Positions 18,632 to 28,564 of a DNA stretch of 28,564 nucleotides are shown here, one piece after another. A model generated the notes under the pieces. It had not been told where the DNA came from, did no database searches, and saw only the letters and a program-made list of their open reading frames with translations. The DNA is taken from assembly GCA_963663405.2 (NCBI GenBank), contig CAXXSM010000038.1, positions 1 through 28,564 of the forward strand, read 5' to 3'. The first letter of the stretch is position 1. Each line of letters begins with the position of its first letter. The position numbers were made by a program, and so were the translations under genes. Source of the stretch: a bacterium. Lineage in GTDB: Bacteria > Hinthialibacterota > Hinthialibacteria > Hinthialibacterales > Hinthialibacteraceae.

Positions 18632-19615
18632 ATGTACCCAATCATGCGGGACGCCATATACACCGGGCTCTTCCTCGCTGCGGCGGTTCTCTTCTCAACC
18701 GGCCTGGCCGCGCAGGAAATTCTCCCGGATGGAGGGGCGCTGAAGCCTGTTCCCGCTGATCTGACCTTTTCGCTAAGCGCGGATTCGGTGGAATTGAAAG
18801 AATCGGGGGGGGGTAGAGGATTTAACACCGGTTCGGGTGATGGGGTTGACTATCCTTCTTCGATCGAATTCATCTCCGAGAGAGAAATCATCATCGATGT
18901 GGGGGCGTACGCGCCGACGTGGCAGCTCTTTTGTACGGTGGAGGATTTTCATGGATCGGGGGGGTCCAATTCGGGGCGGTTGTTCATCAAACCGCAGCGG
19001 GATCCAGCGAACCTGACCAAATCGTTCGGCGGGACGTTGGACATCTCCGGTGATACCTTGATCGCGGAAGGAGCCTGCTCGGATGGGAAGATGTTCGAGG
19101 CGAACCGGTTCCGCATCGGCGCGCGGTTGGGCATCACCGACCCGGCGGGGGTGTATAGCGGGCGGATTACAATCTTCGCCCTTGCGGGGAAAAGTACGAA
19201 GCCGGTTTTTGCGCGGTCGATTGAATGCTCCTTCTGTTGTCCGGAGTTTGCGTGGGTTTATGTGCATCCAAAAACGATGGATTTTGGGAGTTGTTCTATA
19301 GGATACAATGTTTCGAAGACGTATCCGCGGGTGTTTGTCTTGACCAATGCGGGCCGGATCACGGTGACGTGTAGTATTACGGAATTATCCGGGTCGGGGG
19401 GGACGATTCCACGGTCGAATTTGGGATTGAGAAGCGGGAAGACGATTGCGGATGCGAAGCCGAGTGAGAATGTTTCTCCTGGCGCTCCGGATTTATTCTT
19501 GAACTTTGGTTGTGGATTTCATACCTTTTATCTGGCAGGGAGCGCGAAGATTACAACAAGTATTGGAGCTGGGAGATATAGCGGAAAGATCAATATAACG
19601 ACACAAGTCAATTAA
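18632..19615 (+). CDS. Secreted two-domain pilin-like (Csu/SCPU- or WxL-like) protein
   Basis: Signal peptide (FLAAAVLFSTGLAA). Two beta-rich domains, each ending in a pilin-type terminal strand: DPAGVYSGRITIF and GAGRYSGKINIT. Confidence 0.6.
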   Translation: MYPIMRDAIYTGLFLAAAVLFSTGLAAQEILPDGGALKPVPADLTFSLSADSVELKESGGGRGFNTGSGDGVDYPSSIEFISEREIIIDVGAYAPTWQLFCTVEDFHGSGGSNSGRLFIKPQRDPANLTKSFGGTLDISGDTLIAEGACSDGKMFEANRFRIGARLGITDPAGVYSGRITIFALAGKSTKPVFARSIECSFCCPEFAWVYVHPKTMDFGSCSIGYNVSKTYPRVFVLTNAGRITVTCSITELSGSGGTIPRSNLGLRSGKTIADAKPSENVSPGAPDLFLNFGCGFHTFYLAGSAKITTSIGAGRYSGKINITTQVN

Positions 19616-19674
19616 TTCCAGCCTATTGTGTTGGATTATATCCTAAAAGAAAGGAGGTATGGAATGACTGGCTT

Positions 19675-19780
19675 AAATTAAGTTCGCCCAGAGAGACTGG
19701 TCCTCTCTCCAGGCGAGGGTACTGCGGGCGTGGTCCATGTGGGCGTTATGGCGGACAGCCACAAGGAACCACAAAGGCTG
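19675..19780 (-). ncRNA. Candidate antisense structured sRNA
   Basis: Begins with a CAGCC...GGCTG hairpin. Ends with a 13-bp stem TCGCCTGGAGAGA-GGACCAG-TCTCTCTGGGCGA whose two G.U pairs form only on the minus strand. Confidence 0.35.
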
Positions 19781-19785
19781 ATTCT

Positions 19786-19814
19786 ATTATAGCCGTAAAA
19801 CTCATGTCCGCCAA
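19786..19814 (-). promoter_or_regulatory. Antisense sigma70-like promoter
   Basis: TTGGCG-N17-TATAAT on the minus strand. Confidence 0.45.
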
Positions 19815-19824
19815 GAAGAAATTT

Positions 19825-19904
19825 GAGTGAGATGCGTTGATCCCCTGTTCTTTAACTGGTCACGAATGGGACAGGGGGAGAGCAAATCGTGAACCCGTCC
19901 ACTC
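19825..19904 (+). ncRNA. c-di-GMP-II-like riboswitch aptamer, copy 1
   Basis: P1 GAGTG/CACTC; TGC/GCA stem with tandem GA kink-turn; P3 CCCCTGTTCT/GGGACAGGGG; pseudoknot TCACGA/TCGTGA plus GG/CC. Confidence 0.75.
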
Positions 19905-19909
19905 GGCAT

Positions 19910-19988
19910 GAGTGAGATGCGTCGATCCTTTGTCCTTTAACTGGTCACGAATGGGGCAAAGGGGAGCAAGTCGTGAACCCGTCCACTC
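19910..19988 (+). ncRNA. c-di-GMP-II-like riboswitch aptamer, copy 2
   Basis: Same core as copy 1. P3 covaries to CCTTTGTCCT/GGGGCAAAGG. Confidence 0.75.
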
Positions 19989-19991
19989 CAA

Positions 19992-20071
19992 AAGTGAGAT
20001 GCGAAGATCTTTCGCCCTTTAATCTGGTCACGAATGGGGCGATTGGGAGCAAGTCGTGAAACCGTCCACTT
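19992..20071 (+). ncRNA. c-di-GMP-II-like riboswitch aptamer, copy 3
   Basis: P1 covaries to AAGTG/CACTT; P3 is TCGCCCT/GGGGCGA; canonical GTGAAACCG segment. Ends 28 nt before the pilin ATG. Confidence 0.8.
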
Positions 20072-20099
20072 GTTTTTAACTTACTTTTGGAGAATTAAA

Positions 20100-20504
20100 A
20101 TGAAAAAATTCGCAATCGTAATGCTGTTCGCTATTTTCGCTTTTCCCGTATTTGCTGATACTGATGATTCAGATACTATTGATGTGACGGTTAATGTACC
20201 TCTCGATATGGGTGTTTTTATTGATGATGGCCAAACTTCTCAGAGTCCAACAATAACTTGGACAGACGATAGTGGTTCATGCTCATTTGATATTTCAATA
20301 ACATATTATTCAAATGCTACTTCTTCTGATATTGATGCTGAATGGTCTTCAACATCAGGTAGTGGTACTTGGACTCCAACTGATCTAACAGGGCTTGCAG
20401 CGGGTTGGGCTCAGCCTGAGACAATTTCTACTACTATTGACGGAATTGCACATGCAGATGGTCAATCATTAAGCGGCACTTTAACAGTGACAATTTCTGG
20501 TTAA
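20100..20504 (+). CDS. Secreted small pilin-like protein (putative major subunit)
   Basis: GGAG RBS; signal peptide MKKFAIVMLFAIFAFPVFA; mature N-terminus DTDDSDTIDVTVNVP; C-terminal SGTLTVTISG strand; acidic and S/T-rich. Confidence 0.65.
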   Translation: MKKFAIVMLFAIFAFPVFADTDDSDTIDVTVNVPLDMGVFIDDGQTSQSPTITWTDDSGSCSFDISITYYSNATSSDIDAEWSSTSGSGTWTPTDLTGLAAGWAQPETISTTIDGIAHADGQSLSGTLTVTISG

Positions 20505-20546
20505 ACAATTACCATTCTTTGATCTTATATGAGGAGGTCCAAAATA

Positions 20547-21077
20547 ATGCCTACAAGTAAAAGTATGTTAATATCGATATCTTTTATATTTTTCGTAGGC
20601 TTAACCTTCGGACCTATTGCTTCTTCAGATACTGATGATACTGATTCTATTATTGTCACAGTAAATTTACCAAGATGCGGGAGTTTTTCATTTTCGACGA
20701 CTGACATTTTTTTTCAAGTCACTCATTATGATTTAAATCCCGCTCATACTGATGATTTTTTCCAGAGTGGAGTTGATTTTTCAGTAATGGTAAATTATGA
20801 TGCTACAATCAAGTGTCCAAAGGGTATTACTCTTTACCATGAGGATGATGAAAATCAAGAAGCTCCAGTACGTGTTGGGATGTATTATACAATTGATCCT
20901 AACACACAGCCTGATCCAATAGGAGAATATTGGTGTTTTGACATCTCTCCTGGTGTTTTAGAAGGTATGCGCTTGTCATTACACATTACCTATGATTGGA
21001 CATATAATGATAAGCCTGGTAATTATAATGGCGATATAATTGTTGAACTTGATCCTGATCCTGAACAATGGGATTAA
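20547..21077 (+). CDS. Secreted pilin-like protein (putative minor subunit)
   Basis: GAGGAGG RBS; signal peptide; mature N-terminus DTDDTDSIIVTVNLP; C-terminal DKPGNYNGDIIVEL. Confidence 0.65.
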   Translation: MPTSKSMLISISFIFFVGLTFGPIASSDTDDTDSIIVTVNLPRCGSFSFSTTDIFFQVTHYDLNPAHTDDFFQSGVDFSVMVNYDATIKCPKGITLYHEDDENQEAPVRVGMYYTIDPNTQPDPIGEYWCFDISPGVLEGMRLSLHITYDWTYNDKPGNYNGDIIVELDPDPEQWD

Positions 21078-21173
21078 TATTTGGTGAAATATTATTAAGT
21101 CTTCTCGTAACACAATTTGTTGCGAGAAGACTTTTCTTGTTTATGGATATTTAACACAAAAAAGGAGTATAGA

Positions 21174-22826
21174 ATGCGCAAATACTTAATTTTATTTATC
21201 CTTATATTTATACAAAATTTTTATGCTATAAAAGCAGAATCGCAAGGTCTTAACGTTAGACCAATGAAATTAGATATACCTGTTGAGCCTGGCAAACGAT
21301 ACCAAACAGATATAGAACTTAGAAATACTACAGATGCTCCAATTATTGTTGATATCCAACTTGTTGATTTATCACAGCATTATAATGGTAGATGGAAGAT
21401 TATTAGTGATGAAAGTAATGATGAAATTAATGAATCATTTTCGTGCAAAGAATGGTTAAACTTTGATCCGAATTTTGTTGACATAAGCACTGAAGATAAT
21501 ATATATTCTATAAACTTAGATCCTCTTGAAATGAAACCAATAAGAGTTAGTATGGAAATACCACGAAATAGTAGAGGAACACATGGTGCAGGAATAATTG
21601 CACAAACAAGAAAGCCACGTAATAATGCAGGTATTAATATCATTTTGCGTTTTTTAATACCTGTTTTTTTAGACATAAAAGGAACTTTTGTAAGAAAACA
21701 AATTGATATTTTAGATACTTTTATTATAGTTGAAACTGATAAAGAGACAAATTCTCAAAATGAGTTTATTGTAGTAGATTTTATAAATAGTGGTCATACA
21801 ATGCCAAAAATTAGTGGCGCCGTTACCCTTTTTCGTAATTTAAATAAAAGATGGGTCAGGATAACAGAATTAAACATGCCAAGTAAGCCTATTATTCCTG
21901 GTGTTACTGTAGCATTATTTCAAAAATGCCCACGTCGTTTACCTTCCGGGAAATATAGAATTGATTGCCATATGAAAGTAGATGGAAAAAGACTACGGTT
22001 ATACAGAAAGGAATTAGATTATATTGGTGATCCTAGTGTTGGAAGTAATATTGTTTCGGATGCTTCAATAAATCTTGAACCTACACAGTTGATCCTAGAA
22101 GGCATACCTGGATCAACTAGATCTAGTTATTTAACTTTAAATAATCTTAGCGAAGACGACATTAATGTTATTTGTAAAGTAGAAATACCAAAATCTCTTG
22201 AGGGTATTTCACATGAAGATATTCAGGGTAAAGAACTATCTTGCCATTTATGGACAAAAACAACACAAGAAAAATTTCAAATAAAAAGTAACTCTAAAAG
22301 AAGAATTCCTATAATTATTTCATTTCCAAAAAATTCTTCAGTCAAACCTTTTTATTATTGTATATTTAATGTAATTGCATACTATCTTGACGGTCAGTTC
22401 GCTAGCAAATCAGAATCGTTAATTATTGTTAAAAACAAGAAATTAGAATCAAAACCAAATCTTGTTTTTGGAAATATTTCAATTACTGAAAATAATGAAA
22501 ATAAGTATGATATGCTTGTTGAATGCGAAAATTTAGGAAATATGCATTTAAATGTAAAATGTAAATGTTTTTTAAAAAAGACTTTTTCAATGAATGTAAT
22601 AAAAGAAATTGAAATGTTTAATGAAGATAAAAGCTTTATTTTACCAATGAATAAAATAAGTTTTTATGGAACTTTAGATCCTACTGATATTGATGTAGGA
22701 GATTATATAATATCACTTGACTCTGAATTTGAAGATTCTAAGATATCAAAAGATTTACCAATCACTGTGTTAAATAAAGATAATAATAAATGTATTGAAA
22801 TTAAGAATTTAGATAATGCAGAATAA
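21174..22826 (+). CDS. Secreted multi-Ig-domain pilus chaperone-like protein (PapD/EcpB- or WxL-interacting-like)
   Basis: Signal peptide. Duplicated module LNVRPMKLDIPVEPG...IELRNTTD / INLEPTQLILEGIPG...LTLNNLSE and FINSGHT / CENLGNMH; RFLIPVFL strand. Confidence 0.6.
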   Translation: MRKYLILFILIFIQNFYAIKAESQGLNVRPMKLDIPVEPGKRYQTDIELRNTTDAPIIVDIQLVDLSQHYNGRWKIISDESNDEINESFSCKEWLNFDPNFVDISTEDNIYSINLDPLEMKPIRVSMEIPRNSRGTHGAGIIAQTRKPRNNAGINIILRFLIPVFLDIKGTFVRKQIDILDTFIIVETDKETNSQNEFIVVDFINSGHTMPKISGAVTLFRNLNKRWVRITELNMPSKPIIPGVTVALFQKCPRRLPSGKYRIDCHMKVDGKRLRLYRKELDYIGDPSVGSNIVSDASINLEPTQLILEGIPGSTRSSYLTLNNLSEDDINVICKVEIPKSLEGISHEDIQGKELSCHLWTKTTQEKFQIKSNSKRRIPIIISFPKNSSVKPFYYCIFNVIAYYLDGQFASKSESLIIVKNKKLESKPNLVFGNISITENNENKYDMLVECENLGNMHLNVKCKCFLKKTFSMNVIKEIEMFNEDKSFILPMNKISFYGTLDPTDIDVGDYIISLDSEFEDSKISKDLPITVLNKDNNKCIEIKNLDNAE

Positions 22827-22907
22827 TTATGAATTATTGAAAAACACAAAAATTTATATATCAAAGCCTATTTTGAGAAAACAATAATATTTTAAAAAGA
22901 GGAATTG

Positions 22908-25900
22908 ATGAAATTCTGTTTTTTTTTTAATATTTTTTATATACTTTTTTCCTTCCTCCTCACTTTCTCGCGAGTTTGAAAAATATTTTGATAGCTCTAT
23001 TACTGGTAATGATATTATAGATTTAAGTGATTGGATACAAGAAGGACCTTTAGAAGGAGGTGAATGGGTATTAAGTGATTCTGATAATGATGGAATCATA
23101 GATCAAGTATATCAAACTTTAAATACATATTACATTTCTTTTTTTGTCTCACAAGAAATTATAACAGCTGGAAATGAATTTGAAGGCTGGTTTACTACGA
23201 GTGGTAGTGATAATGACTATTTTGGATTTGTATTTAACTACCAAGATGAAAAAAACTATATTGTTTTTCAATGGAGAAAATCTGATCAAGATTTTTTTGT
23301 CGGTTTTGGTGAAGCTGGTATTAGTATACTTAAAATTACTGATATTGACCCATATCAGCAGATTGAATCATCAAGTAAATTATGGAGCGCAACTGATGTT
23401 GAAGGTGTGAAAGTTCTCGATAAATGGGCGAGTTCAAATGGTGGCAAAGGATGGGAAAAATATATTATTTATTCCTTCAACCTAAGCGTTTATAATTATG
23501 CTTTTCGTATCCAAATACACAAAAGTGATTCATCCCTTGTATATGATAGTGGTGTTATTCATTTAGATGATCCAATAAATGGTCGCTATGGTTTTTATAA
23601 TTTATCTCAAGACGATGTGATATATTCTGCCAGCGCAATAAGAGAAATATCAAGCAATCCACCTCCACCAACACCAAAAATAACTCTATCTTCTACACTA
23701 ATACCTACGTTTGCACACACCCATACGCCCACGGCTACTCATACATTAACCCCAACAATCACCCCTACTCCAACCGAAACGCCGACGGCTACTCACACCC
23801 ACACGCCCACGGCTACCTATACAGTAACGCCTTCGATCACTCCGACTTTTACGGAGACGGCTACAGCCACCTTTACGCCTGCGCCTACGGTTACTTTTAC
23901 ATGGACTCCTACACAGACCGCTACGTGGACGTTGGCTCCTTCGGCTACGTTTACGCCTACGGCGACGGCGACACTTGCGCCTTCTCCTACACCAAGTCTG
24001 TCCCCCACACCAACAGCTACGCCGACTGCGACGCCGGTTCCGATTGTGGTTCATCAATGCGCGAACGATTTTTCGCTGCGGCAGTATTCGGCGCTCGCGC
24101 TCTTCCTCCAAACCAGATGGATTTCTGACGGCGGATCTGGACGGGGACGGGCGGAAGGAGGCGTTAACAGCGCTTCCCGAAGCGAACGAGATTCTGCTCC
24201 TCGCGCCGGGAGACCCATCCGGGGGGACGTTGGTTGAAACGCATATTTCCATTGGCGATCCGGATTTCTACATCGACCGCATCGCCTGCGGCGACCTGGA
24301 CGGCGACGGCTGCCCGGAACCTCTGCGCCGTCTCGTATCTCTACGAAAAAACGATCGTCCTCTCCACGGACGCGCCTTACCCCATCCTCTACGAAATCGA
24401 AACCACCGCCCCCCCAGGCCCGCTATTACCAAGTCAAATCCAAAGGCAAAAACCAACCGGTCACCTTCGCCGACGCGGGACCACGACGGGCGGGATGAAC
24501 TCTACATCGTCGAAGAATCCGATTCCGCATTCAACCAGATCCAGCGCTGCACCGCGTCCGAAGACGGGCAAACACTCGAATCCACAACGATTCCAAACCC
24601 CCGGCGTCACCATAGGAGACATCCAAGCGATCGCGCTGGAAGACATAACAGGCGGCGGCAACCTGGAAATGATCCTTATGACCAAAATCCAAAACGAAAA
24701 CGCAGCTGCCGCGTTGACACAAGTCTCCCCCAATGAATACGCGCCCTCCGCGATCTTCTCCCTCGATGACACCATGACCGGCAACAGCGTATCCGCGTTC
24801 CGGTTCGGCGACGCCAACGGCGATGGGATCACGGACGCGATCGTCGTCCCGTTCGATGGAAGCGTCCGGATGCTGAGCCTAGGCGATGAAAACCGGATCG
24901 AACAAACGATCGTCGGGAATATGGATGTCAGCGCCGTAATCGATGACGCGGCGATCTCCGATCTCGATCTCGACGGCGTCCAGGATCTGGTCTACGCCGT
25001 GCGGGGATACCAAACCGTGGAAACAAGTGCTGATCATGTGCGGTGAAAATCCAGGCGAATTCAGCGCCGCCGCGCTCTTCGACACCCGACCGGGATGTCA
25101 AACTGGGGAACTTGATGATCGAATCGCTCGATCTGAACCAGGACGGCCGGGAAGACCTCGCCTTCCTCGACAGCTCGCGGAACGAACTGCTCCTGTTCCT
25201 CAATCTATCCATCAGCGGAGATCCCACCCCCCACTCCAGAACCAACCATAGAAACGATAAGCGTCGATTTCACACAGCTAACAGCGAACACACTCGCGGG
25301 ATTCGAACCCGTGTCGATCATAGAAACCGGCCCCGTGCCGATCGAAGAACCAGCGTCCGGGCTGACGGATGGGTGGGGAATGAGGGTCCATCTTTTGCCC
25401 GGACAGGGGACATTCCTTCTAGGAAATGAGGCGGTTGGGTTGAGCGATCCATCGATTGAGATATCAGTATCCACAAACTGCTCGAATGACGCGGTGGAGC
25501 TGGGATTAATCGCCATCGCGGATTTGCAAGACGGGAATTATGGATACATCAATCCAACAAAGAGCGAAATTCCCGTTCAACAATGGGAACAGATCCGCCT
25601 CGCGTATGACTCACCAGCCCTGTCGATTGTTCCAGCGCTGCAAGTGGTCCTTCCGGAAAACGCGGAGGTATCTTCAGCGACAGTCTATTTCGACCGGCTG
25701 GAGATCAAGCCCCTTAAGATATTGTATAAAAACCCGATCACTATGAAAGTGGATACAACATTCGATACAGTGAATGAATCATTGGATGGTATCAATCCGA
25801 ACGCATATCTCCCTCAAGAAACAGCGGTTGGAGATGTTTCCTTAACAGATGGAATGAATGGAAAGGGGATACAATTACAGATCACGCCCGATCAATTAGC

Positions 25901-26208
25901 CGCCCGTATCGTGATGGAATCCAACATGCCCGGAACTGCCCGCGATGATACACGGCGAATTCTACATCAACCGGAAAGAAGGAGAAAATGGGAACCTAGC
26001 TTTTGTCATTACGGATGGAGAGCAAAGTATAGGCTATTCACTCAAAATGAGCCACCTTCCAATTGATGAATATGTTCCAATTTCTATGGGAGGAATGTTT
26101 AAAGGCGGGAGTCAAAGAATAGCGCCAATCGGAGTTGTGCAGCTCAGCGGGCCGGATGTGTTAGGAATCGTGACGATTGATGAGGCTGAATTTTACATAT
26201 CTGATTAG
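22908..26208 (+). CDS. Large secreted adhesin-like protein: thrombospondin-C-like lectin domain, PT linker, FG-GAP propeller, C-terminal beta domains (multiple frameshifts)
   Basis: Frame 1 from 22921 reads ...[25 protein letters not shown]...[10 protein letters not shown]; then a TPT repeat; about seven DxD/NxDG loops (ADLDGDG, GDLDGDG, DHDGRD, DITGGG, GDANGDG, DLDLDG, DLNQDG) spread over several frames. Confidence 0.65.
23660..24040 (+). repeat. Pro/Thr-rich low-complexity coding repeat (linker)
   Basis: Repeating units such as TPTATHTxTP and ATxTxTP. Confidence 0.85.
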
Positions 26209-26464
26209 GATAATATATTTTATTGCTACGGACAGGATTAAAATTTTTAATTTTTAGCTTGTTTATATCATTAAATGATGCTATTGTAGATATAATGATA
26301 CACATTCAATTTAAAAATTGATGGATCTTCGGCATTATCATTTAAGCGCATCTATGTGAATTCCTCAATTTTAATGTAGAATCGACCGTTACAATTTAAA
26401 CAGAAAGAATGGAATGAATCACTGTGATTGAACAATGCCAGTGAGAACTCATGGAAGGGAACTC

Positions 26465-28082
26465 ATGAAAAAGATGCTAAGGATGTATCAAGTAACATTT
26501 CTCGCTATATTATTTTTCTCCACCGGTATTCCTTATTCCATACTAAGTTGTCAAGCGGAAATCGATTTGTTTGGCGAAACAGATGAAACACGGAACTATA
26601 TCGCTTTTAGCAAAGCGATCGAAGCGGCTGAGATATCGGCGGTTGAGTTGGAAGAGGAAAGCGCCTCCACCCCTGCTGAAGCTGTACCCGAAGAAGAGAA
26701 ACCAGAGGAAGGCACCACCGATAATTCTAGCGCTGATAATTCTAATGAAGAGATTAAAGTGACAAATTCCTTTTTCGAAAGCGATTTGAGACAAGCGTTT
26801 CAGGGACATCGCGTTGTCGATTGGGGAGACCATCATCGTAGCGCCTGAGGTGCAAGCTTATGTGACGTTGGAGCTGAACGAGGTTCCAATCAGCAAAGTT
26901 TTCAAATTAATGCTAGCCGGCACAGGATATATGATGGAGAAAACGCCGGATTACTATTTGATCTACTCCCCCGATTCCCCAAAGCCAATCCTTTATTGAA
27001 CTGAGCCGAACCCATGTTTTACGATTGAACTATATCGATGCGGACAGCGCGGTGAAATTGCTATCCCCGATGCTCCAAAAATTTGTCATAGCGAGTCCCG
27101 CGCGATCGTTGGACCGTTCACAATCAACCCGGCGGGAGTCGTATTCCAGTTCTTCCGGTTCATCCGCATCACGAATGGCCCAAGGCTTCGCGAAAACAAT
27201 CACAACCGATAATACTGTCTGTATCACAGCGCCTCCCTCTCTAATCGAACGAATTGTGACGGATCTGAAATGATTGACCGGCGTCCCATGCAAATTATGC
27301 TGGACGCGCGTATTGTATCTATGGAGAGTTCAGATCTACTCAACATGGGAGTGGATTGGGAATGGCCTCAAATCGGAGCGGGAGCGTTTGGAAGTTCGCA
27401 GACTCAACCCAATTGGCCTTGGGGAATACAGATCGGTTATAATTCCTCGTCTGAATTTACAAACTCGTTATTATTGACATTAAACCTTTTATCAGCCAAT
27501 GAAGAAGCGACGATTCTCGCGAATCCCCAAGTAATTGCCCAAGATGGGAAACCTGCGCAAATCAGCGTCACACGCGAGGAATATTTTGAAATACTCACTC
27601 AGGGTTATTATACTCGTTCGGAACTGGAGAAAGTCGAGATCGGAACGGTATTGACGATTACGCCGATCATTGGAGAGAACAACGAAATAACGATGGCAAT
27701 CAGCACGGAAGTGAGCGATGTGATCGCCCGTGGATCAAACAACCTTCCCGTAGTCACACGCCGTATGGCCGAAAGTACAGTGCGCGTTGAAACGCGGGAC
27801 GACAACCATCGCGGGATTAGTAGATAATCGGACATCGTGTGTCTAAAAACAGAGTTCCCGGTCTCAGTTCAATACCCATTCTCGGACAACCGTTTATCAG
27901 CGAAGATGATACTGATTATTCTAGGCAAGTAGCGATTTTTATCACTCACGGATTATCAAGGAGGATAAACCAACCAGCGGGGCCAGCCTAGTGAGACAAA
28001 GTATGTATCAACCCGCGGAGAGGAATTTAAAGAAGCCCTTCTCGAAAGTATCAAACGGAATAAACACCGTATAAAGAAATGA
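26465..28082 (+). CDS. Secretin (PilQ/GspD-like outer-membrane channel), frameshifted
   Basis: N0/N-domain-like FFESDLRQA...VAPEVQAYVTLEL and LNYIDADSAVKLL; QIMLDARIV, GVDWEW, ILANPQVIAQDGKPAQI, GTVLTITPII, RRMAESTVRV; further on RVPGLSSIPILG and VAIFIT. Confidence 0.85.
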
Positions 28083-28146
28083 CGCATCTAAGAAATAATC
28101 CTTCAATAAGATAATCTTTGTCTCATCAAAACAAAGGGGGGAGAAA

Positions 28147-28524
28147 ATGCCTAATACAATGACCAGCGTGTTAAAAGAACTTATCAAGTATTCGTGTTTC
28201 TTTTTGTTAATTCTTGTTCTGTTTTCTGGCTGCGCGAATGGAGTGAGAAGAGTCGCCTCCGTTCCCAATAATGGAGATGTAGCCGATCTGAATTCAGATG
28301 ACATTGTCCTGATCATGCAACATGCGGGATTTACGGATGAGCAGATCTTAAAACAGGGAACGGATTTGCGTAATGTGATTGCGATGCAAGGTGGAGCGTA
28401 TATCCGTATTGGAAAAAAAGTAGAGGCAATATTTGCGGTTCAACCACCTGATTACATCCACGTTGTAAGCCGGATTACGGGCGCTAATTTTACTTATAAC
28501 TTCAAAACAGGTGAATTGAAATAA
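28147..28524 (+). CDS. Small lipoprotein (possible pilotin or accessory factor)
   Basis: Hydrophobic signal with lipobox LFSG-C; GGGGGAG RBS; directly downstream of the secretin. Confidence 0.7.
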   Translation: MPNTMTSVLKELIKYSCFFLLILVLFSGCANGVRRVASVPNNGDVADLNSDDIVLIMQHAGFTDEQILKQGTDLRNVIAMQGGAYIRIGKKVEAIFAVQPPDYIHVVSRITGANFTYNFKTGELK

Positions 28525-28564
28525 TTCATCCTGTAGCTGTTATGCTTGAATCGGACCACGTGTG

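Noticed and set aside
19825-20071. CRISPR array or guide-RNA array
   Set aside because: The variable segments are mutually complementary stems rather than spacers, there is no cas or effector gene adjacent, and the fold fits a riboswitch aptamer.
20034-20099. N-terminal extension of the pilin ORF given in the ORF track
   Set aside because: It overlaps aptamer 3. The RBS and signal peptide support the ATG at 20100.
23746-24252. Arg-rich minus-strand ORF
   Set aside because: It is the antisense shadow of the Pro/Thr repeat.
11437-28082. Genuine pseudogenisation of the GTPase, transposase, adhesin and secretin
   Set aside because: Lesions are single-base indels, often in homopolymers, spread over unrelated genes and with motifs intact. 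Sequencing or assembly error is more likely, though this cannot be settled without reads.

Overview
The window has two parts. The left part (1-17.6 kb) is a defence and mobile-element island. It holds a PD-(D/E)xK nuclease-like gene, a tyrosine-recombinase + IS91-type transposase element with 12-bp terminal inverted repeats, and a type I R-M operon (half-size hsdS-like, hsdM, hsdS, hsdR, HExxH metallohydrolase). That operon is headed by a consensus sigma70 promoter, a candidate antisense sRNA and a small GIY-YIG-like gene. Next come a large dynamin-like GTPase with an integrase-arm-like N-terminus, two further IS elements, and two integrase 3' stumps fused back-to-back at a palindrome. The right part (18.6-28.6 kb) is a surface-appendage locus. 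It encodes three secreted pilin-like proteins, a multi-domain chaperone-like protein, a TSP-C/PT-linker/FG-GAP adhesin, a secretin and a lipoprotein, with no usher visible. Three tandem c-di-GMP-II-like riboswitch aptamers lie directly upstream of the putative major pilin. Many genes carry single-base frameshifts that most likely reflect read or assembly error. All family assignments come from motif recognition by eye; no searches were run.
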